DNA of 64,000 nucleotides, taken from the human T2T-CHM13v2.0 reference genome, Homo sapiens. The notes beneath the pieces are model-generated. The model saw only the letters and a program-made list of their open reading frames with translations. It did not search any database and had not been told where the DNA came from. Positions 1 through 14,397 of the stretch are shown piece after piece (positions within the stretch are counted from its first letter, which is position 1; every line of letters begins with the position of its first letter). The stretch lies in the NCBI RefSeq assembly GCF_009914755.1, contig NC_060935.1. One strand, 5' to 3'. The translations under genes and the position numbers were made by a program.

Positions 1-122
1 GGAAAAATAATCCTCAGAACTCACACAGGTCTGAGAATAACTCCTGCTCCCTCCTAAAAGAGTAAAAACTTCATAAGGCACAGGGCACCCAGTAGAGTAT
101 TAACATTAGTAAGGATACAGAA

Positions 123-440
123 CAGCTGTCCCCAATCTTTTAGGCACCAGGAACCAGTTTCATGGAAGACAATTTTTCCATGGACTGGACCCTTGGGGTA
201 CCATGAGGGAAGGTTTCAGGATGAAACTGTTCCATCTCAGATCATCAGGTATTAGATTCTCATAAGGAGGGTCCAACCTAGATCCCCTACATGTGAAGTT
301 CACAATAGGGTTTATGCTTCTCTGAGAATCTAATGCTGCCTGCTGGTCTGACAGGACGCAGAGCTCAAGCAGTAATGCTCCCTCTCTGGCCACTCACCTC
401 CTGCTGTGTGGCTCAGTTCCTAACAGGCCATGGACCGGCA
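123..440 (-). mobile_element. MER1B (hAT-Charlie) MITE
   Basis: Matches recalled consensus (gtccccaa...ggaagacaatttttcc...attagattctcataagg...gagaatctaatg). Confidence 0.8.
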
Positions 441-771
441 AAAGGTTCGTTCCAGTCTAGAAGACTAGAACAATACTATAACCAACCTGACTTAATTGAC
501 ATTTATAGAACATAACCCCTAACAATAGCAAAATATACATTCTTTTTTTTAAGAACACATGTAACAGTTACCAAGATATACGTTTATACTGGGTTACAAA
601 ACAAAGCTCAAAAAGTTTAAAAGGGTTCAAGTATGTTATTTGACTACAATGGAAATAAACTAGAAATAAAAAACAAAAAGCTATCTGGAAAAATCTCCAA
701 ATATTTGGAAATTCAGTAACACACTTTTAATTACCCATCAGTCAAAAGAAGAAATTAAAACATAAATTAGA

Positions 772-1039
772 GGCCAGGTGCAGTGGCTCACTCCTATAAT
801 CCTACCACTTTGGGAGGCTGAGGTGGGTGAATCGCTAGAGCTCAGGAGTTCTAGACCAGCGTGGGCAACATAGTGAGACCCCATCTCTACTAAATATACA
901 AAATTTAGCTGGGCGTGGTGGTGCTGGGAGGCTGAGGCATAAGAATCACCTGGGAGGAGGAGGTTGCCGTCAGCTGAGATTGCATCACTGCACTCCAGCC
1001 TGAGTGACAGAGCAAGACTCTGTTTGAAAAAAAAAAAAA
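772..1039 (+). mobile_element. Alu
   Basis: Alu consensus, A-tail, TSD-like taaattaga. Confidence 0.9.
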
Positions 1040-1854
1040 TGTAAATTAGAAAATATTTTGAACTGGATAAAAATGATGACACAACATACCAGAATTTGTG
1101 CAATGGACCTAAAGCAATACTTACAGGGAAATGTTTAGCACTTAATGCCAATATTCAAAAAGAAGAAAACTCTCAAATCAATGACCTCAGTTTCTATCTT
1201 ACAAATTAGAAAGGAGAAAATTAAATCCAAATTGAACAGAAGAAAAGAAATAATAAAATCCTGAGTAGAAATCAAGAAAATAGAAAAGAGAAAAACGAGG
1301 GAAAAATCAATAAAATCAAAAGCTGATTCTTCATAGAGATCCATATAATTAATAAACCTCTAGCAGAATGATCAGAAGAGAGGAGACATGACCAATATCA
1401 GGAATGAGGTGATATCTCTACTAATTTTCCAGATAATCAAAGGATAAAGGAATATTATAAACAACTTTGTGCCAATAAATCTGACAACTTAGATGGAATG
1501 GACAAATTCCTTAAAAGAGACAACTTACCAAAGTTCACTCAGAAGAATAACCTTAATAACCCTGTATCTACTAAAGAAATGGAGTCTATTATTTAAAAAC
1601 TTCCAAAAAAAAAAAAACTCCAGGACCAGATAACAGCCCTGGTAAATTCCACTAAACATTTCAGGAAGACGAAATTCCATACAATTCTACACAAGGCTTC
1701 CAGAAACTTGAAGAGGAGAGGATACTTTTCAAATCATTTGGAGACAAGCATTGTAACAAAACCAGACAAGAATACTACAAGGAAATGAATGGAGATGGAA
1801 GCATGCTTATCAGAGTCCTAGCAAACCAGTTCCAATCAATATATAGAAACGATA

Positions 1855-2164
<310 letters not shown>

Positions 2165-3139
2165 TCATTACCCAAGTGGGGTTTACCAGGAATGTGAAGC
2201 TGGTTTAATATCTGAATAATCATCAATGCAATTACACCATATTAGCAGACTAAAAAAGAACCATTTGACAAGATCCAACATCCATTTCTATTAGCAAACA
2301 AAATAGAAACAGAAGAAACTTCTTTAACATGATAAAGGGCATCTACAAAAACCCTACTGCTAACTTCATACTTAATGGTGAAAGACTGAATGCATTCTTG
2401 CTAAAAGTTCAAGAACAAGGCAAGGATTTCTGTTGACTCTCACCACTTCTATTCAGCAATTTTATAGTAAGAAGGAAAAAGGAATCCAAATAGGAAAGGA
2501 ATAAGTAAAACTGTCTTTATTTGCAGGTGACACGGTTATATAGAAAATCCTATGGATTTACAAAAAAGCTACTAGAACTAATAAGTGAGTTTAGCAAGAT
2601 TGCAGGATATAAGATCAATATACAACAATCAACTGTATTTTTATGGATCAGCAATGAACAATTGGAAACTGAAATTTAAAAAATCATTTACAATAGCACC
2701 AAAATTATGAAATAGGGGTAAGTCTGACAAAGGATATGCAAGATCTATCTACTGAAAACTACAAAACATTGCTGAGAGAAATTAAAGTCCTAAATAAATG
2801 GAGAAGTATATTATGTTCATGGATTGGAAAACTGAATATTGTTAACATGGCAATGTTATCTTCCAGTTGATCTATGCAGTCATCATAATCCTAATAAAAA
2901 TCCTGATAGGCTTTTTGGGGTAGAAAACCAATTTTAAATTCATATGGACATGCAAAGGACCTAGAATACCCAAAACAACTTTGATAAAGAAGAAAGTTGG
3001 AGGACTTACACTACCTGAAGTCATGACTTATTATAAAATTACAGTAATTAAGTCAGTGCAATACCGGCATCAAGCTGGACAAACAGATCAATAGAACAGA
3101 ACAAAATGTCAAGAAACAGACCCATACATATATGATTAA

Positions 3140-3433
3140 TTTTTTTTTTAAAGAGACTTGCTCTGTTTCCCAGGTTGGAGTGCAGTAGCACAATCATAGT
3201 TCGCTGTAACCTTGAACTTCTGGGTTCAAGATATCTTCTTGCTTTAGCCTCCTGAGTAGCTAGGACCGCAGGAATGTACCACAATGCCTGGCTAGTTGAA
3301 ATTTTTTTTTTTCTTTTTTTAGAGACAGGGTCTACTATGTTGCTCAGGCTGGTCTCAAACTCCTGGCCAGAAGTGATCCTCCCACTCAGCCCAATGTGTT
3401 GGGATTACAGGCATAAGCCACTGTGGCAGGCCT
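3140..3433 (-). mobile_element. Alu (AluJ-type)
   Basis: Diverged dimer. Confidence 0.88.
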
Positions 3434-4453
3434 GAATAACTGATTTTTGACAATGATGCAAAGGCATTTCAGTGGCGAAAGGACAGTTAAAAAAAAAAGT
3501 TCAAAAAAGGGACAAAGAACTCTGACTTATTCTGTTTACCATAATAAAAGATAAGCTCATGCTGAATTACAGATTTAAATGTAAAACCTAAAACTATAAA
3601 ACTTCCAGAAGAAAACCTAGGAGAAAATCTTTATGACCTTGGTTTTAGGCAAAGATTTCTTAGCTACCACACCAAAAATATGATCCATAAAAGAAAAATT
3701 GGTAGGTTGGACTTCATTAAAATTAAAAATTTGTGCTCTTTGAAAGGTATTAAGGAAATAAAAAAATAAGCCACAGACTAGAAGAAAATTGCATAAATCA
3801 AATATCTGATAAAGGATTTGTATTCAGAGTATAAACTCTTAAAATGCAATAAAAATAAAACAAACCCAATAAAAATTAAACAAAGATTTGAACAGACACT
3901 TCACCAAAGAAAATATACAGATGCAAATAAACATATGAAAAGATGATCAACATTATCAGAGAAATGGAAATTAAAATGACAATGATTTACAACATCACAC
4001 CTATTAGAATGTCTAAAGTTAAAAAGACTGACTATACTAAGTACTGATAAGGTTGTGGAACAACTGAAACACTAGTACCCCGTTGATGTAATTGTAAAAT
4101 GGTATAACCACTTTGGAAAACAGTTTGTCAGTTTCTTAAAATGTTAAATATATACCTATTATATGACCCAGCCAAAGCATATGATCTTAGCAGTTTTAGA
4201 AACTCCTTATCTTACCCTTATCTCCAACATCATTATTAAGCATGGTTCTCACAACAACCAAAGTCAGAATTTATTTATATGCAACTCTGCAGATGTTCAT
4301 ACTCTAAGTGAGGCTGTACAACAGAGTAGACTGGCAGTTTGCCCTTGCACATTAGTTGGGGAAAGTGGCTGAAAACGGGGAAGTGATGTTAACATTGTGG
4401 GCTATAGTTTGAAAATGTAAGCAATAAAAGAACAGGGTGGGCATAGTGGCTCA

Positions 4454-4804
<351 letters not shown>

Positions 4805-6197
4805 TCAATTAAAAAATAAATAAATAAGAGTAAGGAAATACACCAAATTGCTAGCTGTGCTATTATAAGGATGGAGCTATTAATCATTTTCTTCTGTATT
4901 GTATTTTCCAATTTTTTGGTAATCTGCTTATATAACTTCTTCTATTGCAGAATTAATATAATATCAAAAGTCAGGTTGTCATCTTGGTATGGCTTTTGAA
5001 TAAGAGAAGCAGGATGATAAGAGAAGGGAGGCTGAGTGACACAGGCTGATGGGGTTGCTGGCAGCAATCTAACAGGGGAAGCTGCATGCAGGCTCCAGAC
5101 ACCTGCAACTGAGTAACTGTGTCAGTGGACTGTTCTCCTTTAAAAACAACGTTGCTATACTCTGGGATTCCTTTTTTCCAATCTTACATTCTGTACTATA
5201 GCATGATACAGAAGGCAGAGTTAATACCCAAGTAAGTATAGTTCCTTCCTTATTCTATAAGGGAGTAGTCTGTGTCTTTTTAAAACATTTATCTTCCACA
5301 AGGCACTTTTCAGTTGCACTATTAATGTCTAACAGTAGTATTAATCATGTTTTCCAGATGACGAATGCTTTTGTTGGCAGCTGTAATGGAAGAAATAATT
5401 TAGCCTCTAGAATGTGCATTTCTGCTTCATGTTCCTCAGCCAGCTAGCTGTCAGTATGAAGAGATACAACCCCCTCTAAATAATTTCAGTGCTGTTACTT
5501 AAAAGCAGATTAAATAAATATAGGTCCTCATTAAGCTATTTTGTGCCTATGTCTCTCCTTTATTTATATTATTAGATCTTCCACAAAATGTAATCTCTCA
5601 GTTGAAAGATGCAGGCTCCATAAGAGTGATGAGGGGGAAGAAAAACGTCGGATGGAATTGCAAAATGCTCCCTTCACAGAGGATATGTATGTCTCTAGAG
5701 GAGTGATTTCTCTGGACAGGTCTCAAAAATACTCATTTATTCAATGCTTACTACTACTGTACTAGGCACAGCTCCTTCATTCCCTTCCTTCACAACGAGA
5801 ACAGCCCTTCTTCTTTATCTCCTGTTAAAATTCTTCAAAGACTATCTCAAATGACATATCCTCCATGGGGCACACTTTCTTCCCTATTCTTCTAGCTGAT
5901 ATTGAGCTTTTCTGATAGTATTTCAAAGAATCATGAGATTCTGGAGTTGGTGGGGGTGGGGAGTGGGAATCTCAGAGTCTTTTAATCTTTCTTTCAGAAA
6001 CCCAAGAGAAGTGACTTTTTCCAAGGTGTGCAGATGAGTTAGAAGTAAGCAATCTCAAGTGTGCTACACAGTAGTCCAGTCATACACTGCCATGTATCAT
6101 TAAGATCTATGAAGATCTGTCTGGTCTCCTAGCTTGTAAATTCTATGAGGAGGGAGACCAAGTTTTGTTCATCTTCAGTTTGCCCAGGAAGTAAGTA

Positions 6198-6257
6198 CAA
6201 AGTTAGATGGTATGTGCCTGCTCAGTTCAAAGTCAGATGGTATGTGGCCCCTCAATT
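6198..6257. repeat. Imperfect 30-bp tandem duplication
   Basis: caaagttagatggtatgtg... / caaagtcagatggtatgtg... Confidence 0.75.
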
Positions 6258-6440
6258 GATTTGGTTAGAAAAGGTGCTAGCTGAAGGAAAATCATGGGTT
6301 TGATTGGTTGGAAACAGTCCTGCTGTAGAAGCCCAAATCAAGTGGGCCTGGAATTTGCTGTCATCAAAAACTCTACAACAGTCTGAAGTAGATGAGCATT
6401 ATGACTTTTAGAAAGTGCAATAGTAGGAGATATTCCATGA

Positions 6441-6870
<430 letters not shown>

Positions 6871-8065
6871 TAAATGAAAATAAAGCTTCAATAGATTGTT
6901 TTTCCTTAAAATGTAGACCCACACACAACCCTTTTTAAATGTGCAAGTGTATTCTCATTAGAAAATTAGAATGCTATGTGAAAAAATTGACAAAACTTCC
7001 AAGAATGTTGAAAAATTTTCGTCAGTTTCGCTAGCAAGCCTGCCTGATATCTGAAGAGCACAAGCATTTAAAGAGGCACTATGAAGACAGTGGGAAGTTG
7101 GGAGGTTAGAGTTTTAGCTTTTAGTTTGCCACTATTCCAACTAGCCACTCACCCATCCAACCATTCACTCCTTCCTTCAAAAATATTTAAGTACCAACTA
7201 TGTGTCAGGCACTTTGCTGTGCAGAGCAGAGAACCAGGAAGATATGGCAATTACATTCTAGAGAGGAAGACAACAATAAACAAAAGAAAACAAATAAAGA
7301 AGGCAAGTTCAAACTGTAATAAATACCATTGAGGAAATAAACAGGATGACAGAGAGTAATGGGTGGGGAGGTGACAGTAGGAATTACATTAGTCTGACTA
7401 GCAAGGCATCACATATCCAGCTATGTAATATCAGGCAAATCAACCGAATTTTTCTGGTACTTAGATCTCCAACATGAAAAACTAAGGTTGAACCAGATGA
7501 CATCAGAGTAGAAAAAGCCCTGGACTTGAAGTAAGGAGACTTAAGCTGTGTCCTGGCCTTGTCTGTAAAACTCACCTACACTCTCTCTATGTGAGGAGAA
7601 TATGAAAGCTGTCAAGAATTGAAGTCACCTTCAGACTAAGCCCACGTACTAAGAAGAACATTCCTTTCACTTAAGATTTTGTGCAAATCTCTGGATGTTT
7701 ATTTTCATTTTCACTAAAGAAGACCTCTGAGAACTTCAGAGACACTAGATTGTTTTCTATTCTATTACTTCCAGACACGAAGCATATTTACTCTATGAAT
7801 GGGATGAGTTTGGTAGATAGGCATCGATAACCCAAATAGTGATAACATATTCTTCATCATACATTAAAAAAAACACTCATTTTTTCCTCTCTTTCACTTC
7901 CCGCAATAATTTTAAATCAATTAGTGATAGGCTGAAGAATAAAACCTAAATCACTAGCAAACTATTATCTTTTTAAAAAATTTTGGCTATTATTAAGTTT
8001 GACTACAGAGTCAAAGCATGCTTCAGTGAAAATCAACTTGTCATATCCAAGAAAAGAAATCGTAC

Positions 8066-8227
8066 CGAGTGTAAAGTGCCATTACTGGTCACTGCAGGAG
8101 GGCGGGCCCATCGCTCATTTTCCAGTTCTTCCATTACTTGGTTCATGGCACTCTTTAGCCATGTGTCCACAGAAACACCAATCTGCTTTAGCAGGTCCAA
8201 CCGGGCTTCAGCTTTCAATTTAATTAT
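8066..8227 (-). CDS. FCHSD2: FCHSD2 coding exon, 162 nt, IIKLKAEARLDLLKQIGVSVDTWLKSAMNQVMEELENERWARPPAVTSNGTLHS
   Basis: Acceptor ttggttctctag|ATA, donor TCG|gtacga; overlaps track ORF 8033..8218; peptide matches my recall of FCHSD2. Confidence 0.96.
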
Positions 8228-8265
8228 CTAGAGAACCAAGAAAATGGTCGGAAATCAAGGCTTTT

Positions 8266-8740
8266 ATTATTCACAATAGCAAAGATAAGGAATCAACCCA
8301 AATGCCCATCAATGATCGACTGGATAAAGAAAATGTGGTACATATACACCATGGAATACTATGCAGCCATAAAAAGGACAGAGATCATATCCTTTGCAGG
8401 GACATGAATGCAGCTGCAAGCCATTATCCTCAGCAAACTAAGGCAGGAACAGAAAACCAAACACTGCATGTTCTCACTTGTAAGTGGGAGCTGAACAATG
8501 AGAACATACGGACACATGAGTGGGGGAGAACAACACACACTGGGGCCTGTCAGAGGGCGATGGGTGGGGAAGGAGAGCATTAAAAAGAATAGCTAATGGA
8601 GCTGGGCTTAATAGCTAGGTGATGGGTTGATCTGTGCAGCAAACCACCATGGCACACATACCAGGATTACTTTTGCACCACCCTAATAACAAACCCGCAC
8701 ATCCTGCACACGTATCCGGGAACTTAAAAGTTGAAAAAAA
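8266..8740 (+). mobile_element. 5'-truncated L1PA/L1PB 3' end
   Basis: L1 3' UTR consensus ending acttaaaagttgaaaa. Confidence 0.9.
8661..8687. mobile_element. MADE1 (Hsmar1 MITE) half-element inside the L1
   Basis: attacttttgcaccaccctaa resembles the MADE1 terminal inverted repeat. Confidence 0.7.
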
Positions 8741-8922
<182 letters not shown>

Positions 8923-9078
8923 CCAAGAAACTATATAACCGTCATGAAAGGAAATTACTTAAAAGGAAAAAAAATCATACATGATCCTATCAGTCTTACA
9001 TGGCAAATATTCTCAAGGCTTTGTCCACATGCAGACATATTTTTGCACAACTGTATTCTTGGTGGCAATGCAGCTTAG

Positions 9079-9482
<404 letters not shown>

Positions 9483-9574
9483 TAATTAAGTTCTTCCTAA
9501 TCGATTAATTACAACAATCTTGATATTCACTAGCAATTCTTCCCTGGCACAGACGCTAATTTTTCACTTGAAGC

Positions 9575-9700
9575 AGGGCAAGAGAAGGGGAAAGGGAGGG
9601 GAGATAGTGAAGAAGGGAAAGAGAGGGTTGGGGGGAGGGAAGAAGAGAGAGAGAGAGACAGAGGCAGAGAGACAGAGAACATGAACAAAAGAAAGGAATC
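9575..9700. repeat. GA-rich polypurine low-complexity tract
   Basis: gggaagggagg...(GA)n. Confidence 0.8.
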
Positions 9701-9744
9701 AGGGTCTCCTAACAATGGAATACTTGCTTTTTTTTTTTTTTAAT

Positions 9745-9851
9745 AAAAGTATGGAATGCTTCACGAATTTGTGTGTCATCCTTGCATAGGGGCCATGCTA
9801 ATCTTCTCTGCATCATTTCAATTTTAGTATATGTGATGCTGAAGTGAGCAC
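9745..9851 (-). pseudogene. Full-length U6 snRNA processed pseudogene
   Basis: Minus strand GTGCTCACTTCAGCATCACATATACTAAAATTG...ACAAATTCGTGAAGCATTCCATACTTTT aligns end to end with U6; A-tail at 9728-9741; TSD atacttgc at 9720-9727 and 9852-9859. Confidence 0.95.
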
Positions 9852-10819
9852 ATACTTGCATTTTGACAAGGGCATGGTATTGATGATAGATCAAATATAA
9901 CTTGTGAAGAGGAAGAGATCAAGAGTGATAAAGTCTGTTTCCTTTTCCTGTTCATAATGCTATGCCTCAGAACACCCTGAAATCCAGCATTTTCAGTAGC
10001 CTTCTAACCCATTTCCTGGACTTTTTCTCCTCTGTAATCCATCTTTTACAGTCTGTGAATGACCTCATCATGTTGCTCCCCAGTTTAAAAACTTTCATAA
10101 CTCCTGACTGTCTACTGAGTAAAGAATTAACTAATTCTTAACTAGGAATAAAAAATATCTTTCACAGTTTGGCTGAGTTATTTCCTTCTACTGTTTCTTT
10201 CCACACCCCCCTATGCTCCCACCCCACTGTCCCACTTGCTGTTCCTCTGATCCATCATGTGCTTGCGTGCCTGTGTGCGTGCCAGTCCCTCTGTAAAGGC
10301 CTTCTCATTGCTTTTTGATGCCTGGTGAGTGCTTATCTTTTGACGGTCCGTTCAAATATTACCCTTTCCACAAAGATTTTTCTAAGTATTTCTCAACCTT
10401 CCTTAGGCAGTTAATAATTCCTTTTTCTCTGCTCCTAAAGCACTCTATACAGATCTAATTACAATGTGATAGGCACGAAATTATACTTAGCTATTTAACT
10501 AAGTATGCCTGTTTGATATAATTGGGGGCTCCTTTAAGACTCGAGCATTGACATTCAGCGTTATTCTCCTGTTATGTGTTCAGTAACCTTTTTTGAATAA
10601 ATATCCTATATAACTGTGCTTCTACTTTTCCAAGAAAAGACTGAATAGGCTCTACCAATTCTTTCAAGATTGGCTCTACCAATCTTGAAAGACTGCCATT
10701 CAATGATATTGAGTTATAAACTACTGTGTCTCTTTAATAATAATAATTTTTAATATAAAAGAACTTCTCTCTAACAATTCTAACATTCTTCAGCACAAGC
10801 TTAAAGAATTCCCCCTTTG

Positions 10820-11123
10820 GGCCAGGTGCGGTGGCTCACGCCTGTAATCCCAGCACTTTGGGAAGCCGAGGGGGGCAGATCACGAGGTCAGGAGATCGAT
10901 ACCATCCTGGTTAACACAGTGAAACCCTGTCTCTACTAAAAATACAAAAAATTAGCTGGGCGTGGTGGCGGGTGCCTGTAGTCCCAGCTACTCGGGAGGC
11001 TGAGGCAGGAGAATGGCGTGAACCCAGGAGGCGGAGCTTTCAGTGAGCCGAGATTGCGCCACTGCACTACAGCCTGGGTGACAGTGCGAGACTCCGTCTC
11101 AAAAAAAAAAAAAAAAAAAAAAA
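10820..11123 (+). mobile_element. AluY
   Basis: AluY diagnostic positions; 17-bp TSD aaagaattccccctttg at a canonical TT/AAAG site. Confidence 0.95.
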
Positions 11124-11199
11124 AGAATTCCCCCTTTGACTTGGCTGCCTTTATTGACTAACTTGTTTGTTGACTAACAGTAATGTCTTTGCTTTTAAA

Positions 11200-11700
11200 C
11201 TACATTTATGATGTGGCTGGCAGAAATAGCAGAGATTGAGAATAAAAAGTTCCTATTCTCCAAATTCAAGAAAGGGAATAACTGCTTATTCTTTAGCCCT
11301 TGTTCCATAAACCATAAACAAGTAACCACAGAACTAGTTTTAAACCCCTCCCGATCAGAAAGTAACTGCTGCTTTGCTCCAACAGCCATGCCTCTGAAAG
11401 TCAGCTAATCTGTGACAGCTTCTGCTTCTACTAGTCCTCCAAACTCTAAAAACCAAGGCTGAAAGTGAGCCAACCCCTTAAACATTCCTAGTTTTGAAAA
11501 TCTGCCAATCCCTGACATTCAAGCTTCTCAAAACCCTATATATCAACTCTTGCTTTGTTCAGAGTCAGTGTGTTTTGTGTCATTCTCTTTTGCTTAGCAA
11601 GTAAAACATTCAGCCTCTTTTGCTTAGCAAGTAATGCATTCAGCTTCATTGTTTCACATATGCAAGTGGTGATCTCTTCCTTAACATTTAAGGTTCCACT
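11200..11700 (+). mobile_element. Old ERV1-type LTR followed by a decayed tRNA-Gln-like PBS
   Basis: CCAAT/TATA-like motifs, end ...ccttaaca, then tttaaggttccact resembling TGGAGGTTCCACC; left boundary uncertain. Confidence 0.5.
11585..11644. repeat. 30-bp tandem duplication within the LTR
   Basis: ctcttttgcttagcaagtaa(aa/tg)cattcagc x2. Confidence 0.9.
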
Positions 11701-11799
11701 AAGCTAATTTTAGGTTAAGTAAGGTTCCACTTACTTAACCTAAGTAAAGTTCCACTCTCACTTGGTGGCTTTCTGTGGGACTCTTGGACAAACAAGTTG

Positions 11800-12090
11800 G
11801 AGCTGGTCAGTGGCTTGTACCTGGAGTCCAAGCTACTCAGGAGACTGAGGAGGCAGGCTCACTTGAGTCCAGGAGTTTGAGGCTGCAGTGAGCTATGATC
11901 ATGCCTGTGAATAGATAGCCATTGCACTCCAGTGACAAATACCTTTGGTACATAATTTTTTTTTTTTTTTTTTTAGAGCCAGAGTGGTTGCTCTTTTGCC
12001 CAGGCTGCTCTTGAACTCCTGAGCTCAAGCAATCCTCCTATCTTGGCCTGCAAAAGTGTTGGGATTACAGGTGTGAACTGCTGTGCCCAA
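11800..12090. mobile_element. Two opposed Alu monomers (+ FLAM-like, then - left arm)
   Basis: Alu consensus; TSD ggtacataatttt around the minus copy. Confidence 0.8.
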
Positions 12091-13246
12091 CAGGTACATA
12101 ATTTTGATTTCCCTCCGAATTCTCTGCTTGGGGAGTTGATATCAAAAACAATTTATGTTCTGACTTGTATCACTGGGCTTTCTTTGCTGAATTAATTTTT
12201 TTTATATTAACGTTTTTAAGCAAATAGATTTTTATAAAAATTGAGGTAAAACATTACATAAAATTTACTATCTGCACCATTTTAAAGTATACAATACAAT
12301 GGTTTGGGGTATCATATACGTCTTTATATAAGACAATTGGAATTTTTGGCTTAGAGGCACTCCAATTGGTAAATACTCTTGCAAAAATCTGCTTATTCTT
12401 TTCATAATTTCTTTTTTTGGTAAAACTTTATTGACATATAGCTCAGGTGACAAAGACCTTTTGGCACACAACTTTTTTTTTCTTTTCTTTTTTTTTTTTT
12501 TTTAGAACCACACAATTCACTCATTTCAAGTCTGAAATTCAGTGGCTTACAGTATATTCATAGTACATGCAACCATCACCACAGTCAAATTTAGAATATT
12601 TTATCACCTCCAAAAGAAACCATGTACCATTTACCTATTGTTCTCCAGCCCCCTATTCCCTGCAGTCTTGACAATCACTATTCTACTTTCTGTCTATAAA
12701 GATTTGCCTATTCCAGACATTTAACACATATGAAACAATATAATACATGGTCTTTTATGACTAACTTCTCTCACTTTGCATAATATTTTCAAGATTCATC
12801 TATGTTGTAACATGTATCAGTATTTCATTTTTTTAATGGCCAAATAACATTCTATTGTATGGATATACATTAGAATGTTTATCCATTTGTCAGTTGGGAG
12901 TCATTTAGGTTGTTTCTATTTCTTGGCTATTATGAATAATATTGCTATAAACGTGTGTGTATAAATTTTAGTGTGGACATGTTTTCACTTCTTTTGGGTT
13001 TATATGTAGGGCTGGCATTGCTGGATCATGAAGTAATGCTAAGTTTAACCATCTGGGGAAATACTAGACTGTTTTTCAACGTGGCTTTATCATTTGATCC
13101 CACCAGTAGGGTGATGAGGGTTTCTCCACATCCTGGCAAATGCTTGTTAATGTCTGTCTTTTGACTCTAGCCATGCTAGTGGATATAAAGTGGTATCTTA
13201 CTGTTGTTTGCATTTTCCTGGATAACTATTAATGTTACAAATCTTA

Positions 13247-13559
<313 letters not shown>

Positions 13560-13961
13560 TTATTTATGGGTCATTCATACATCTTCTTTGGAGAAATGTC
13601 TATTCAGACCCTTTTCCCATTTTTAAGTTGAGTATTTTTGCCTTTTTATTATTATGAGTTTTAATATATTCTAGAAGTAAGTTTCTATCAGATACATGAT
13701 TTGCAAATATTTTCCCCCATTCTGTGGGCTGTCTTTCATTTTCTTGATAGTGTCATTTGAAACATGAAAGTTTTAAATTTTGATGATGTCTAATTTATCT
13801 AGTTTTTCTTTTGCTGCTTAGGCTTTGGTGTTATATCTAAGAAACTAATCCAAGGCCACAAAGACTTACCCCTGTGGTTTTTTTTGTAAGTTTATTAGCT
13901 TTCGCTGTTACATTTAGGTATTCATTTTGAGTTAGTTTGTATATATGATGTAAAGTGGGGT

Positions 13962-14330
13962 TGTTAAGATAATTAACTGGAAGGTCATTAAACTGAGGCA
14001 GCTCCAGCATCCCGGGTTCCTACGTAAGCAAACCAAAACTCAACTCAGTATAAATGGTAAAACAAAACTGAAGCTTAACCAATCAAAAACTGCCAACTAC
14101 CTTCTAACTAGAAACCTTCCACTGGAATGATCCAAAAAAGGCTACTACCGTGCCACTTTAACCAATCAAATATTTGCTTTGTTTTGCTTCTGAGTTCACC
14201 CTATAAAAGCATTCCTCTGGTGTTCCATTGGTGGAACCCTGAACTGCATATGATCTGGTGCTGCCCAAGTAATTATCACTATTTTCTCAAATAAAAAAAA
14301 ATTTAATGTGCCTAAGTTTATCTTTTAACA
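13962..14330 (+). mobile_element. Solo LTR, MER93-like (ERV1)
   Basis: TGTTAA...TTAACA termini, 4-bp TSD GGGT, two CCAAT boxes, TATAAAA, AATAAA. Confidence 0.85.
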
Positions 14331-14397
14331 GGGTCAAACTTCATTCTTTTGCATATGGATATCCACTTGCCCTAGCACCATTGTAGTATGCTTTTGC

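Noticed and set aside
738-1151. ORFs with [15 protein letters not shown]-type peptides, here and throughout the track
   Set aside because: Standard Alu translations.
5359-5448. Plus-strand ttttccag|ATG short ORF
   Set aside because: Only ~29 codons, opposite strand to the gene, no partner exon found.
7983-8231. Plus-strand ORFs overlapping the 162-nt exon
   Set aside because: Antisense shadow of real coding sequence; no splice or promoter support.
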